NCBI GenBank assembly: GCA_022813865.1
Contig: JALDZX010000102.1
Span: forward strand, 1-40,069
Source: Xylographa opegraphella
Lineage: Eukaryota
Length of the DNA stretch: 40,069 nt
Direction: 5' to 3'
Of this stretch, positions 1 to 13,399 are shown one piece after another (position 1 is the first letter of the stretch; the number at the start of each line of letters is the position of its first letter). The position numbers and the translations under genes were made by a program. The notes beneath the pieces are model-generated. The model was not told the origin of the DNA. It saw only the letters and a list, made by a program, of their open reading frames with translations, and searched no databases.

Positions 1-62
1 AAAGAAAAAAGAAAAAAGAAAAAAGAAAAAAGAAAAAAGAAAAAAGAAAAAAGAAAAAAGAA
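1..62. repeat. (AAAAAAG)n heptamer microsatellite, runs off the window edge
   Basis: Perfect 7-bp period read directly. Confidence 0.95.
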
Positions 63-64
63 AA

Positions 65-2400
65 TTTTTTATATCGTACGGTCGTATAAAAATATTATAA
101 AATATATTAATAAAATTAATAAATAATAACATTTATAAATATTAAATTAACGCGTTATCAAAAATCACCCGATAAAATTCGATAAAATTATATTCAAAAA
201 ATTAATTAATTTTAAATTTTTAAATAAATTATAAATTTTTTATTTATAAATTTTTTTATAAAGAAACCTCGTATACTGTTTATGAATAACATAAACGTTA
301 TATTAATCGAGGAAAAGCTTGTTGAAAACCCTCGAAAAAAGCTTTAAAATTTATAAAAAGTTTAAATAATCGATTACGTTTAAAAATGTATGAAATAAAC
401 CTTATTATTTATTTAAAAGAAATTCTATTAATAATAAAGATTTTTATATATAATAATCTTTAAACGAAACGATTTAATCGATCAAAGTATCTAAAATGCG
501 TTATTAGTCGTCGAAATTCTTTCTATTTAATTATTTTAAAAAGTTTAATAAAAGTAATTTCGATAATTATTAATTATTAAAAGTCTTTTTCGTTTTAATT
601 TCAATAAACCTTATTATTATAAAACTATTTTTTTAATCTAAAAAGAAAATATAACAAAATAATTTTTATTGATTAAAATTGATATTAATTTAAAGATTTT
701 ATTATTTAAAATCGAGGGAAAATTTGACAATATAATATAATTAACGTTTTTAGCGAAAAATAATAAAATAATAAATTAATTGCAAAATTAAATATCGTTT
801 CTATTTCGTTAATATATAAAAAGCGGTTAGCAATTTAAAATAAAAAAATTTAGAAAAAATTATAAACGCGAAAGTCGTCGTATTTATATGGATTAAAATT
901 TAAAAAAAATTGTTAAAAAACGTTAATATCGTTATAAATAAATAAACATTTAAATCGAAATTTTATATTAATAATATATTAAATAAATTGAAGATTCATA
1001 TCGTGGCAAAAGAATTCTTTTAAAAATACGATATAAATTACGAAAATATTTTTATTTCAATTATAAAATATAATACGCTTCGTCTTTTCTTCGCGTTAAT
1101 AATTATAATAAATTTAAAATATAATTAAATAAACGTTAATAACGTTTTGATTGAATTTTTAAAAGAAATTATATATCGTTTGATGAAAGATTAAAGTTGA
1201 TATAAACTATTATTTAAAAATACTATAAAAACTCTACGATTTTAAATAAATAATTCGTAATTAATATAAACATTATATTTAAAATTTTAAACGAATCGAT
1301 TTTAAATAATACAACGCTAACTTTTATTTGTTAATTTATTTTAATAAAAAAATTTAACTACTTTTATACGTAAACGATATTAATATCGTAGTATTTTATT
1401 AAATTACAATTAATTAATTTAAAATTAAATTCGCGAAATTTTTTAAAATTAAAAATTTAAGAAAAATTAAAATTCTTGAAAATATTTAAATTACGCGCGT
1501 TGGAATGTTTAATTCGTTTCAATTAGATTTATTGTTTAAAAAAAATTCGTAAAATTATAGATAAAAAAATTAAATATAAATTACTAAAGATTTTAATACA
1601 TAATTATAATTTATTTCGATTACCCGACTTTAAGGATAAATAAATTAAATAACGCGAATACTAATACGTAATTAAAAATTTAATATACGCGATTATATAG
1701 ACGCGTTTTAATATTATTTTTACCCTAGGAAAATTAAATTAATATTTGAATAACTTTATTAAATATTACGACTGCTTATTAAAAATTTTATTTTATTACG
1801 TTCGATCGATGATGAATTCTAAAGTAATTTATCAAAATAATAAATTTTTTAATTTTAATTATATAGTAAACAAGTAAAATTAAAATTATATTGTTAAATA
1901 TATACATATACTTAAAGAAGGATTAATTGCATAAATAAATTTAAAATAAAAACCGAATACACAGCTCTGTCAAGTTACGCGAAATTTTTTTAAATTATAT
2001 AATTAGTTAGAAATTTCGACTGTAATAAATATTTCAATATTAAATGAAATAATATTAATGTTATAAAAAATAATTAGTATTAAAAAAACTCGTCGATATA
2101 ATTAAAAGAAATTAAATATTATTAACGCGTAGTAAAAACGCTTATATCTACCAAAAATCGAAACACATCAACGTTGTTTATTATTTTATTAAAGATTTTT
2201 ATTAAAGATTTTTATTAAAGATTTCTATCAAAAAATCGAGTTTAAATTAATTTTGTACTTACGTAAAATATAATGATAAACGAATTAATTAAATTACTAT
2301 TTGAATTCAACTTTAAAAGATTTATTATTTAATAAAATTTTAAAAATAGTAAAAATTAACGATTTAATGAATATCGAGTAGAAATATTAAAAATCGCGTC
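65..2400 (+). mobile_element. RIP-degenerated Ty1/copia LTR retrotransposon pol relic (RT + RNase H)
   Basis: De-RIP translation: ~985-1150 [26 protein letters not shown]...HQVDVNNAF (gtggcaaaagaattc at 1003); ~1365-1381 tacgtaaacgat = YVDD; ~2155-2300 KSKHIDVAYHFIRD...MIADGLTKPL (copia RNase H). Many stops and frameshifts. Confidence 0.9.
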
Positions 2401-2465
2401 ATTTAATAATTATTTTTATATTATTTAAAGGCAATATAAACGTTAACTTGTTACTAAATTATTAT

Positions 2466-2682
2466 AATTATTAATTTAATACAATTATTAATTTAATACA
2501 ATTATTAATTTAATACAATTATTAATTTATTACAATTTTTAATTTAATACAATTATTAATTTACTACAATTTTTAATTTAATACAATTTTTAATTTAATA
2601 CAATTCTTAATTTAATATAATTACTAATTGAATATAATTATTAATTTAATGTAATTATTAATTTAATATAATTATTAATTTA
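2466..2682. repeat. 17-bp minisatellite (AATTTAATACAATTATT)n, about 13 copies
   Basis: Tandem unit read directly, with scattered substitutions. Confidence 0.9.
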
Positions 2683-4697
2683 GTATATACCGCTAAACTA
2701 GCGTAATTGTATATTAAAAAATTTCCTTAAAACGAAAGCAATTTTTTACGCATTTTAATAAGTAGTTCAATAGAGTATTGATTTCATCCTTTTGATTTGA
2801 CTCATTCATTTCAATTAATCTTTTAAAATTAAAATTGGATCATAATTTAAATAATCTATCTGCGATTATATTTTACGTAAATACAAATTTAATTTACTTT
2901 CAATTTTTTAATAAAGTTGATTAATGAAATAATAAATAACGTTAATATACTTCGATTTTTCGTAAATATAAACGTTTTTAATTAACGTTAATAATGTTTT
3001 TTTTCCGCCACATTAACAAAATTTTTTCAAATATTGATTATTTTCTATAATATTAATACTATTTAAATCGATATTTAAATATTTATTATAATTAAAATCT
3101 TTGGATTTTTTTCGCCCAATTTAAAAGGGCTATAGATTTAATTTTAATAATTAAAATAAATAACGATTTTTATTTTTATTTGTTTAAATAATTGGCCTTT
3201 CACTAAATATATATATATATATGTTTTAAATAAAATTTCGATTTCATTTATTTATTGCGTAATTCAAATCGAAGTAATTAATAAAATTAAAATTCTTATT
3301 ACCCTCGTAAATTACTTTAAGATGAATCATTAATTAAACGTAATAAAATAAAAATTTTAATACGCGATCGTAATACTTTAAAAAGACATTAAAATATTGA
3401 TTTAATTCTTTTTAAAATAAAAACGATATTAAAACGCGTATAAATAATTATATGTATTATATTTTTAATTGCGTATTAATATTCGCGTTGACTAATTCTT
3501 TATTTTTAAACTCATTAATAAAAGCGAATTATAATCGTTTATTAAAAATTTTACTGCTTTATACTTATCGATTTTTATATATGTTTTTACAACAAGTCTT
3601 TTAACAATAAATTTAATCCAAACGAATTAAACGATTTTTTTATCACGCGTAATTTAAAGGTTAAAAAATTTCTTAATTTTAAATTAATCAATTTTAATTC
3701 GACGTTATTAAAATAAAAATCTACAGGCTCGAGTTTTTAAAAAACGCCCTCGAAAGGGGCTTTTAGCGCGAGTATAATTACTTAAGCATAAAATCTTCTA
3801 AAAATTAAACGAAAATCCTCCGTATTTTTTTTATTTTCGTTTTTATTTTGTTTCGAACTTTTTAAATTTAATTAATTTAAAAAATATTAGAATTTCGCCC
3901 TAAATATTTTTCATTTTTATTAAAATAAATTATATATTTCTTTAAATTTAATAGATTATAGACCCGGCTACGTTTTCATTACGCTAAAAAAATTAAAATC
4001 ATTATTAAATTATTATATTTTCTAAGATTTTATTTTTTAACATTACGATATCGTTTTTTATTTCATTTTAAATATTAGCTACAGAGCTTTAACAACTACG
4101 ATAAAAAACTACGAAAAATCGATATTTATTTATTATTATAAAATATGTAAACGTAAACGCAGGGGACAGAATTACGACTTTTATTATTTAAAAAAAATTA
4201 ATGTAAATAAAGTATTACGAGCGAAAATTAATATATTTGAAAACTTAATTTTAAATATATTAAATTTCGAGAAAAATACTTTCGCAGAATATATATTGAT
4301 TTAAAGATTATAATTAAAATCAAGGGCGTTTATAAATATTAAAAATAATAAATCGATATTTATAATTAAATTTTAACCCTACTGCGTAAATCAATTGATA
4401 TTAAATGCGATAATGAAACGTTTAGCTTTATTAACGGATCTATTTTATACGTATATTTAAAAAAATAATGATTTTTAAGAATAAAAATATAAATAATTAT
4501 TTAAAACAGAAATTTATTATAATTACTTTAGAAAACTTTTTTAATACATAGTTTTATATTAACGAAAATTTCTTTTTCCAGTCCCGTTTAAATTATTAAA
4601 AAAACCCTTTTATAATTATCGAATAAAAAATATTTTAATACAAAGATTTACCAAACAATAAAACATTTAAAAATATATTTATCGTGTCCTAAAAAGC

Positions 4698-4885
4698 TGT
4701 CACGAGTTAAAGCTATATAGTTTTAATTCCTGAAATTTAAGTCGCAAACCTTCGGCGTTATTGTTGAGGGGTATCATCACGTAATGCCCCTGGGTAGTAA
4801 TAAAATTTGAAGGCCTTCCCGCTTCTTTTTTTAGCAATTAATTTTAAAATAAACTAATTATTGCAAAATATTTCACATTATTACA
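4698..4885 (+). mobile_element. Putative LTR (TGTCACG...TTACA), likely 5' LTR of the following gypsy element
   Basis: TG...CA termini, locally higher GC, immediately upstream of gag-like relic; partner LTR not found. Confidence 0.55.
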
Positions 4886-6404
4886 AATTTGAAAATGAAG
4901 TTTTTTATTTAATTAAAGCCTTAATCCTTTTTAATTTTAATTGCTTTACTTTATTTAAATGATAATTTATTATACATCGCAATACCTAAAGCGCGAAAAA
5001 AAAGAACGAGCTGGCGTTTAACCACGAAAAACGAGTGCAATAATTTTAAAAATTATAGTATAAAAGAAATATGAAATTGTAAATCGAAAGAATAAAAGTC
5101 AAAATAACTTTAAATTAAAAAAACGATAATAAATCGCTAAATAAACGATTAATATAAATGATAATCGAACGGGCCCGACTGGAGAAATAACGTAAGGTAA
5201 AACAATTAAAAAAAATTATATATTACGTAACAGTATTGACGGCGAAATACCAGCGTAAAGTTTCTAAAGTATTTTTTTGATTTATTATAAATAAGGTTTA
5301 ATTAATACTCGTAATAATTACAACTAAAAAATTTCGATTTAAAAACCTGAATGTTTATATAATAATAAATTATTAAAAAATATATAAATTGAATTAAAAG
5401 TGCAAAAACTACTGTTAAAACTTACCTTAATCTTTTTTGACGAAAAAGCAAAAGATTCTCTGATGTATACAGTTTTTAAAAAAAACCTCGAAATACATAA
5501 TATCGAGTATATTATTAGAATAAAATTCTCGAATATGTTTAAAAGAAATTCACGAATTTTTTATTTAATATTATTATTAACTTAATAAACTGAGGGCTTT
5601 GATACGCTCAAGCTTATTTGAAAGTTATGTAAAAATCGAATTAATTAATTTATAATTTTCTAGTTTATATTAACCAGCTAGAAGCTTATTTGTTATTATA
5701 TAATAAAAAATGTATAAAAAATTTTTTATTATTAAATTACGACTTTTTTACAAAATGCCTTAGGAAACTATTAAAATATTTTGATAATAAAAAAAGTTTA
5801 ATAACTTTCGCAGTACAGCTAAAAGTCAATAGAGTTATAATAAATAAAAAACGTCGTTATTTTATTATATCGCTGACGATAATACAAGTTTTAATAAAAA
5901 AGTTTTAATTCGAAAGAATTTTAATCATAAAAGCTATAAACGCAAACGAAACGAGCAGTCGAAATAATATAATAATATTCAATTTAAAAGGAGTAATTAT
6001 AAGGGTGAATAAAATATTCGACGTAAAATATTAAACGTACGAAAAAGAAAATACTATTTTATTACGTATTTTAATAAGATTTTTAATTTTAGTTTGAACA
6101 AAATCTTTGTCAATTTCGTCATATCGTAAGAAAATTAATAAACAGCGTCGTTATTCTAATATCAACGCAAGGCCAGCAAAAAGTTAAGTTTAAATCTAAT
6201 TTAATAATAATTTTTTCATAAACTATAAATAATAAACTATTAAAATACTATTAAATACAGGCTTCGCAATTAAGATAAAAATGTATCGTTTTATCGTCGA
6301 ATATTCATTATTACGCATAAAAAAGGTATTATTAAAATCATAAATTATAAAAATAATTATTGCTATGATATTTACAAGTTTAAATATCAATGTAATAATA
6401 ATCA

Positions 6405-6829
6405 AAAGAAAATTAAAAAGAAAATTAAAATTAAAATTAAAATTAAAATTAAAATAAAAATTAAAATTAAAATTAAAATTAAAATTAAAATTAAAATTAA
6501 AATTAAAAGTAAAATTAAAATTAAAATTAAAATTAAAATTAAAANNNNNNNNNNNNNNNNNNNNNNNNNNNNNNNNNNNNNNNNNNNNNNNNNNNNNNNN
6601 NNNNNNNNNNNNNNNNNNNNNNNNNNNNNNNNNNNNNNNNNNNNNNNNNNNNNNNNNNNNNNNNNNNNNNNNNNNNNNNNNNNNNNNNNNNNNNNNNNNN
6701 NNNNNNNNNNNNNNNNNNNNNNNNNNNNNNNNNNNNNNNNNNNNNNNNNNNNNNNNNNNNNTAAAATTAAAATTAAAATTAAAATTAAAATTAAAATTAA
6801 AATTAAAATTAAAATTAAAATTAAAATTG
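6405..6829. repeat. (TAAAAT)n hexamer array spanning an assembly gap (N 6545-6761), inside gypsy pol between protease and RT
   Basis: Read directly on both sides of the gap. Confidence 0.95.
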
Positions 6830-9800
6830 ATATCTTTTACGCAATAAATAAAAAAGGCCTAGCGTTAATTTTAAATCTTTTTTTATAAAATAAAAATATA
6901 CAAATCGGTATTAAATCGCGAACCTAGCGTTTTAATATTAAATAATTATTTTTAACTTTCAAGAATATAACTATTTTTATAAAATTATCAAAGAATAAAT
7001 CAATCGTTTTCGCTTCATTAATATTTAAGGTTCTTATTTCTAAAAAAAAAAAAAACTATAATATTAATATACGTATCGCAAACACCAGCGTAATGCCTGC
7101 GATTTTAAAAAAAAAATTCGTTAACGTATTCTTTATTAAAAATATAAAAAAACTTTTATGGTATCAAAATAATAATTATACGATCGATTTTAAAAACAAA
7201 AAATCATCTTATAAATTTATATACAAATTTTTTTCTATAAAGTTGCAAATATTAATATCTTAACGACGTTTTAACGAAAGGTTGAATTCGATATTTTATT
7301 AATTCGATCGAAGTACCTTTTTTTTATTTTTGAAAAAATAAAAAATCTTTAATTGTACGTAAATTATAAAGGGTTAAATGAAATAATTATTAAAAATAAG
7401 CACGTATTTCCCCTTATTAACGAAACGCTAAATTAATTTGATAAATTTAAAAAATTTATTAAATTAAACCTTGATTTTTTTTATTATAAAATAAGAATCA
7501 AGAAGGGCGATAAATTAAAAATAATATTTCATATTTATTATAATTATTTTAAATATATGATTATGCGCTTTGACTTAACAAACGTATTAATTCCATTTTA
7601 AATTTATATTAATTATACTTTAACGAATTATGTACATATATTTTATACTATTGATTTAAACGATATTTTAAAATGTTTCGAAACGTCGAAATTCTATTGA
7701 GAATACGTTAAAAAGGTTTTTAAACGTTTAAAATATTTTAAATTTTGTATAAATATAAAAAAAATACGACTTCTTTATATATTATATTAAATTCCTGAGT
7801 TTTATTATTTTTATAAATAGTGTAGCGTTAAATTCGAGCCGTATAAATATTATCGTAAATTAATTAACTTTCAAATTTTTTTAAAAAAAATAAATTTTCT
7901 TTAAATTCGCTAATTTTTATAGGCGATTTATAGAAAATTATTTTAAAATTGCGTCGCCTTTAACGAGCCTTTTAAAAAACAGTAAAAACGGGGAAAAAAC
8001 GAACTATTAAAATAAAACGAATTTATCGAAAAAGTATTTATACAGTTTAAAGCCGCTTTTATAATAACGTTTGTTTTTATTTATTTTATTTTTATTAAAA
8101 AATCGAAAATTAAAACCGACGTTGTAGTGACGTTATTATAAATGTTTTTATATAACTTTTTAAATAAGAAAAACTGTACCCCGTCGTATTTTAATTAAAA
8201 AGAATTACTTAAAGAATAATATATAAAACGTAAAGTAAAGCTTTTAGCTATTATTATAGTACTTAAATATTAACGATATCATTTCGAAGGGAATATATAC
8301 TTTATTAAAATTTTGACGAATTATGATAATTTTCGAAAGTTTATAAATAATCGAGTTTTAAAATATTGACAGGCAATTAGGCTATAAACCTTGTTTTATT
8401 TGATTTTATTATTATTTATTGATTAAACAAAATTAATTTTATAAATACGTCTTTAAAATGATCGAAATATTAAAATATAAATAAAGTTATTAGTAGTTTT
8501 TTATTTATATGTTAATGAAAATTAACAGTAATAGTTTTAATATTGCAGAACAATTTATATTGAAATTATGATATAATTCGAGTAAAAATTAATAAAATAC
8601 GTAATCGTTTAAAAAAGATTAAAAAACTTTTATTTCGAGGCTAACCCCTTGAAAAATAAATAATAAAACGTTTATTTGAAATATATACAGCGCAGCCGTA
8701 CCGCTAAATTTTACTATTAAAATATTAATTATAAATAGTTTTTTTACGTATATTAATTAATAAATTAAGAGTTTACGAAACGATATTAAAGTGCGAAAAC
8801 AAATTTATATCTAAATTAATTATTAATTTACAACGAAAGAACGCTTTCGTTAAAAAAACGAAAAAAATTTAATAAAATAAATAAACGAAAGCGCTTCGCC
8901 GAGCGATTAAATTTATAAAATTTTAATTTTATAATTTTTTTACGTTATATTAAAATATTATATATTTCGACAGAAAAATCTTTTAAGGCGAAATTATTAA
9001 AAAAATATTATAACGACGTATTAGCGAGTTATTTCGAAGCTAAAAAAATTTACGAATTATTTAAACGTAAAGATTATTAAAATAAAATAATAAAATATAT
9101 TAAAAATATATATAGTTTTATGATATTTATTAAAGGGTTAAATCGCAACAATGTCGATTATGAAACGAAATACAAACGTTACCTTACTTAAAAAAGTCGT
9201 AATAGAAAATAATTATAAATTTTATTATAAAACTATTTTTTAATAAGCGCGACACCAGCCTTTATAATACAATATTAATAATTATAAATATATATATTGA
9301 AATAATAGAATATATTTTAACAATTAAAATGATTTTTGCGGTTTAATTATTAAATTCATTTTTAAAAAATTGTTTATTAAACTAATATATTTGCAAACTG
9401 TGTTTTTAGACAAAAATTAATGTCTATAGACTTATATTAATTCCATATTTATTATTATATATATAAAACGCCGGTTTAGCATCGCCTTTTATTCGCAAAT
9501 AAATAATCGAATAAAGAATTTAATTAAATTCTCGAACATTAGGTGCGAATTTACTATAATAATAACTAAAATAATTAAATCAGATTACTACCTTTAAAAA
9601 AATTCATTTATTAAACATTAATTTATTTTACTTCAAACTACAATTTATTCTATATTTACTACGAATATAAACCATTTATAAGCTACGACGTCGAGAACGA
9701 CTTCGAAAAAAAATTAATAGTAAAAAAATAAATATAATATATCAAAAATATTAAAATGACGTTAAAATAACGCTAAAAACCGCAATTGATTCGCAAACTC

Positions 9801-9905
9801 GTACGTATAATAGAAATTATATATTTTAACAATTTTTGATAAAGAATTTAATAAAGTTTTTTATTAAAAATTTAAAATAAAAATAATTAAGCAAAAAGTC
9901 TTTAT

Positions 9906-10163
9906 TGTTAAAATAACGGTACTATGCTGAACGATGTTAAACTAACATGCTAGCTGGGGCAGCTGAGTGTTATTCTTAAAATAACAGTCAGGGCAAGGCT
10001 TAGCGTGATCTAGCGCGATAGTATATAACGCCCCTTTTCTCCCTTAGCTAAAGAGTAACCCTTTTGAATATCTCGACACGGGCTCGAGTTGCTTTGGTAG
10101 CATTTCAGTGGTTCCACCATTTTGTTTCATAATAACCTACGGTGTAACGCATACAGCGCAACT
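9906..10163. mobile_element. 258-bp solo LTR inserted in the gypsy integrase C-terminus
   Basis: Begins TGTT, ends AACT (one change from AACA); TTTAT duplicated at 9901-9905 and 10164-10168; TATATAA at 10022-10028; host reading SKK...RFIGPF resumes across it; much higher GC than flanks. Confidence 0.85.
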
Positions 10164-10699
10164 TTTATATTGTTTTATTAAATTATTTCGAATTTAAAAT
10201 ATCGTAAAAAAAATTAATTTCTAAATTATCGTTGCCTTTAATTTATTGAATTTACTTAATTTTCTATATTTTTCTATTAAAATCGTGTTAGCGCCGAAAA
10301 GGCGATTATTTTATATTAAAATTATCGAAATTATCGCCGTTAAAATTTATTAATAATGACGAGCAATAAAAAATTAAGGAAGTAATTGATAAAAAAAATA
10401 AAAAGGCAACGTATTTTATAAAATAAATTAACTAAGTTATTTAAAAAATTATAATACATATTTTATCCAAAAATATAAACAACGCGCGGGATTTACGCTA
10501 AATCTTTTGTAATAAAGTTAAAGAATTAATGAAAAACGAAAAAGTTAAGTTATATTTTACAAATTAAAATATTTTTTTCTAATTTTCTTTTACAAAATTT
10601 ACAGGTTTTCTTAAAACTTACAATTTATTATTAAAAAATAATTTTTTTATTTAAATCAAAGGCCAGGCTTGTATTATAATAAAAATAAAACAAAATAAT

Positions 10700-12900
10700 T
10701 ATCAAAAACGCAATACTTTATTATTATAGAAATATATCTGTAATATGCAGAAAACAAGAAAAATATATTTATATAATTACCTCGAAATCATTCGAAAGTA
10801 TATTTAAAATTATAAAAATAACGCTATTTATTAAATTATTTGTAAAACGCGAATTCATTCAAATTTTAATAATTATAAGCAGATTCGCCTATATTTTTAT
10901 TACAATAAATTCAAGTTTAAAAAAAATTACTTCTCGTCGCATAACATTCAGAATATTAATTATTATTCCTTTTACCTCCTGAAATTTATTTAACACAAAA
11001 AGGCCTATATTTACTATAATATCTATTTTATATAATTTACGACGTGCGTTTAAGCGAAAAACCGTTTTTACTTCTTTTTGTATTTTTTTACTTTTTTAAA
11101 AATTTTAAAATCTGTACGCCCAATATTATTTATTGCTTTAAATTTTTCTGCCTAATTTATATTTTACTGTATTAAAAAATTACTTTATAAAATAAATATC
11201 GTAAATGTTTTATATTATTAATATTTAACCAGCGCATATAAAAAAATATAAATAATTTATTTAATCATATATTTTATTTATTTTTGTTATATTTTTAGCA
11301 GTGCGCGAGCGCAGACTTTTTATAGAAATAAAATAAAAATTTAATTAAATACTTAATACACTTTAAATAAAATAGGCGAAAAGGTTTAAAAAAGCCGAAA
11401 AAATAAGTTAATAAATTTGATTTCGCGCTTTTTTAACGCGTAGTTAATATAAAAAATTATTAAATATTCAAAAATATTTATAAAAAACTAAATATAACCG
11501 CGTTAATAATAAAATTTACAATTATTATAATTTGCAACGTTTAAATAATTACGTTTTATTAAATTATCGCTTTTATTATTTGGGCTAACGACGTTTTTAA
11601 CTATTAAATTCTCTGGCCATAAATTATTATAATATTAAATACTTAAAATAATAAAGTTTCAATAAAAGTTTATTAATAAAATTATATTAATATTTATTGA
11701 TTAATATTTTAATATCAAGCAAGAAGAAAGAAAAAAATAAAAGAAAAAAGATTTTAATTTTTAATTTTTCGAAGTTGTTTAATTTAACGTTTTATTCTTC
11801 GAAAATTTTTTAATTTATAAATTACTAACCTTTAATTCCCTTTTTTATTGTTATTAATTTCCATTTAGGGGTTATATATTTTATATTGAATATAAACTTT
11901 TGTTAAATTAAATTTCTCGTATGTTTTATTAATATTAATTTAATTGTTTAAAGCTAAAATAAATTTCGTATTCTTTTTACATAAAGATAGCTGATTTTTT
12001 TTAAATTTCGACTTTATCAAAATTTTTAGATATATATTTATTTATAATTTAAATACTTTATTTTTTGATCGACAATTTTTAGCAATATAGACAATTTTTT
12101 AATGTATATAATAATTAATTTCTATTTTTTTCTTCATAAATCTTATTTTCTAAACCCCTGCTTTTGCTTTTAAAATACGCGTTCATTTCTATTGGCATAT
12201 TTCCATAAAAATTTACCGTTTTATATTATATTTTTTTACTTTAAGATTATTTTTTTAATATTTAATTTTGCTATACCTTCGATCTCGTGTTTGCGTTCTA
12301 TAATTTTTTTATATAATTTATTATTAATTTTTATGTATACCTCAATGATCTAATTTATAATTCTAATTACGTTATTTAATTTTTATTGTTCTACTTTTTA
12401 ATAAATTTTTTAATCCCTGCGATACATTATAATTAAGGTAATATCGTTCCATTTAATTTAAGTTCCAAATTGTTGGAATCGAGTTAAATATTTTACGTAA
12501 AATCTTTTTATTTTAAAATATTATATAATTTATATAATTATATTTTTTTCTTAAATAATTTAAAAAAAATTGATTTCGATTTTAAACGTCGTAAAAAATT
12601 TGAACTAATTAAAATCTTTATTATTAAAATCATTAGAAAGTTTTCTAAAATAAAAAAGAATTTATTTTTAAACTTGTTTTCGTATACAAATAATAACGAA
12701 GAGCGATTTCTTTAGCTCTGGAATACTACTTTTTTAAAATTTAAAAAATAAACTCATTTATATAAATCAGTTTTTTAGGTAATTTTTATTTATTTTATAT
12801 TTATCGCGGTTTTTTACCTTAACGCGATCGTTTTTTATAGTGTTTTTTAATTATTTTTCTAATATTTAAAAATAGATTTAATCGTACTTTTAATACATTT
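10700..12900 (-). mobile_element. RIP-degenerated Ty3/gypsy gag relic (truncated element)
   Basis: Minus strand: KPDKYDG...LEDWL-like at ~12760-12830; EYLTRFQQFGTQTEWND.AL.AMYRRGLK at ~12410-12500; CCHC knuckle (TCYACGK.GHIARNCRS) at ~12068-12120. Left boundary uncertain. Confidence 0.75.
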
Positions 12901-13399
12901 ATTTTAATTTTTTTAAAGTATTACAATTCTGACTTTAACTGATATAGTTTAATCAAAAATTTAAATTAAATATATTAATAAATAAAAAAACAAGTATAAT
13001 AACAGATTTATTATTCTTAAAGAAATAATAGTTTTCGTACAGAATTATATTGAAAGTTCTTATTTTATAAAATGAATTATAATATATAAATTAAATACGT
13101 TTTTTATAATAAAAGGAATTATTTATTTCATATAAAAACTCTGTTTAAAATACTTTTTTATACCCTTAAATGCCCTCTACGGGAGTATTAAAAAACAACG
13201 AGAGACAGTTAAAATCGAGTTTTTTTTATCGAGCGTTATTACGCTAACGTCTCTAGTTTACCCTATGAAGGTGAGAACTTTAACGCACGAAATGTTTCTT
13301 GCAGTAAAATTATTTAATTTTATATTATAATTATTAACGAAATACTCGATGAAATTATAATATTGATGTAAATTATTTTTTAATTCATAATCGCGCTTG

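Larger units (their letters stand above)
4886..10520 (+). mobile_element. RIP-degenerated Ty3/gypsy chromovirus (gag, protease, RT, RNase H, integrase, chromodomain)
   Basis: Protease LLDTG-like at ~6245-6275 (ctattaaatacaggc); RT LCVDYRGLNEITIKN at ~7350-7400, MPFGLTNAP at ~7563, YLDD at ~7652-7668; integrase TAFHPQTDGQ at ~9481; GPF-type region ~10170-10290; chromodomain-like ~10350-10500. Domain order PR-RT-RH-IN is gypsy. Confidence 0.92.

Noticed and set aside
2466..2682. Regularly repeated units as a CRISPR array
   Set aside because: Head-to-tail repeats with no unique spacers; eukaryotic TE context.
3745..3760. Small GC hairpin GCCCTCGAAAGGGGC as a Helitron end or terminator
   Set aside because: Imperfect short stem with no downstream CTRR terminus.
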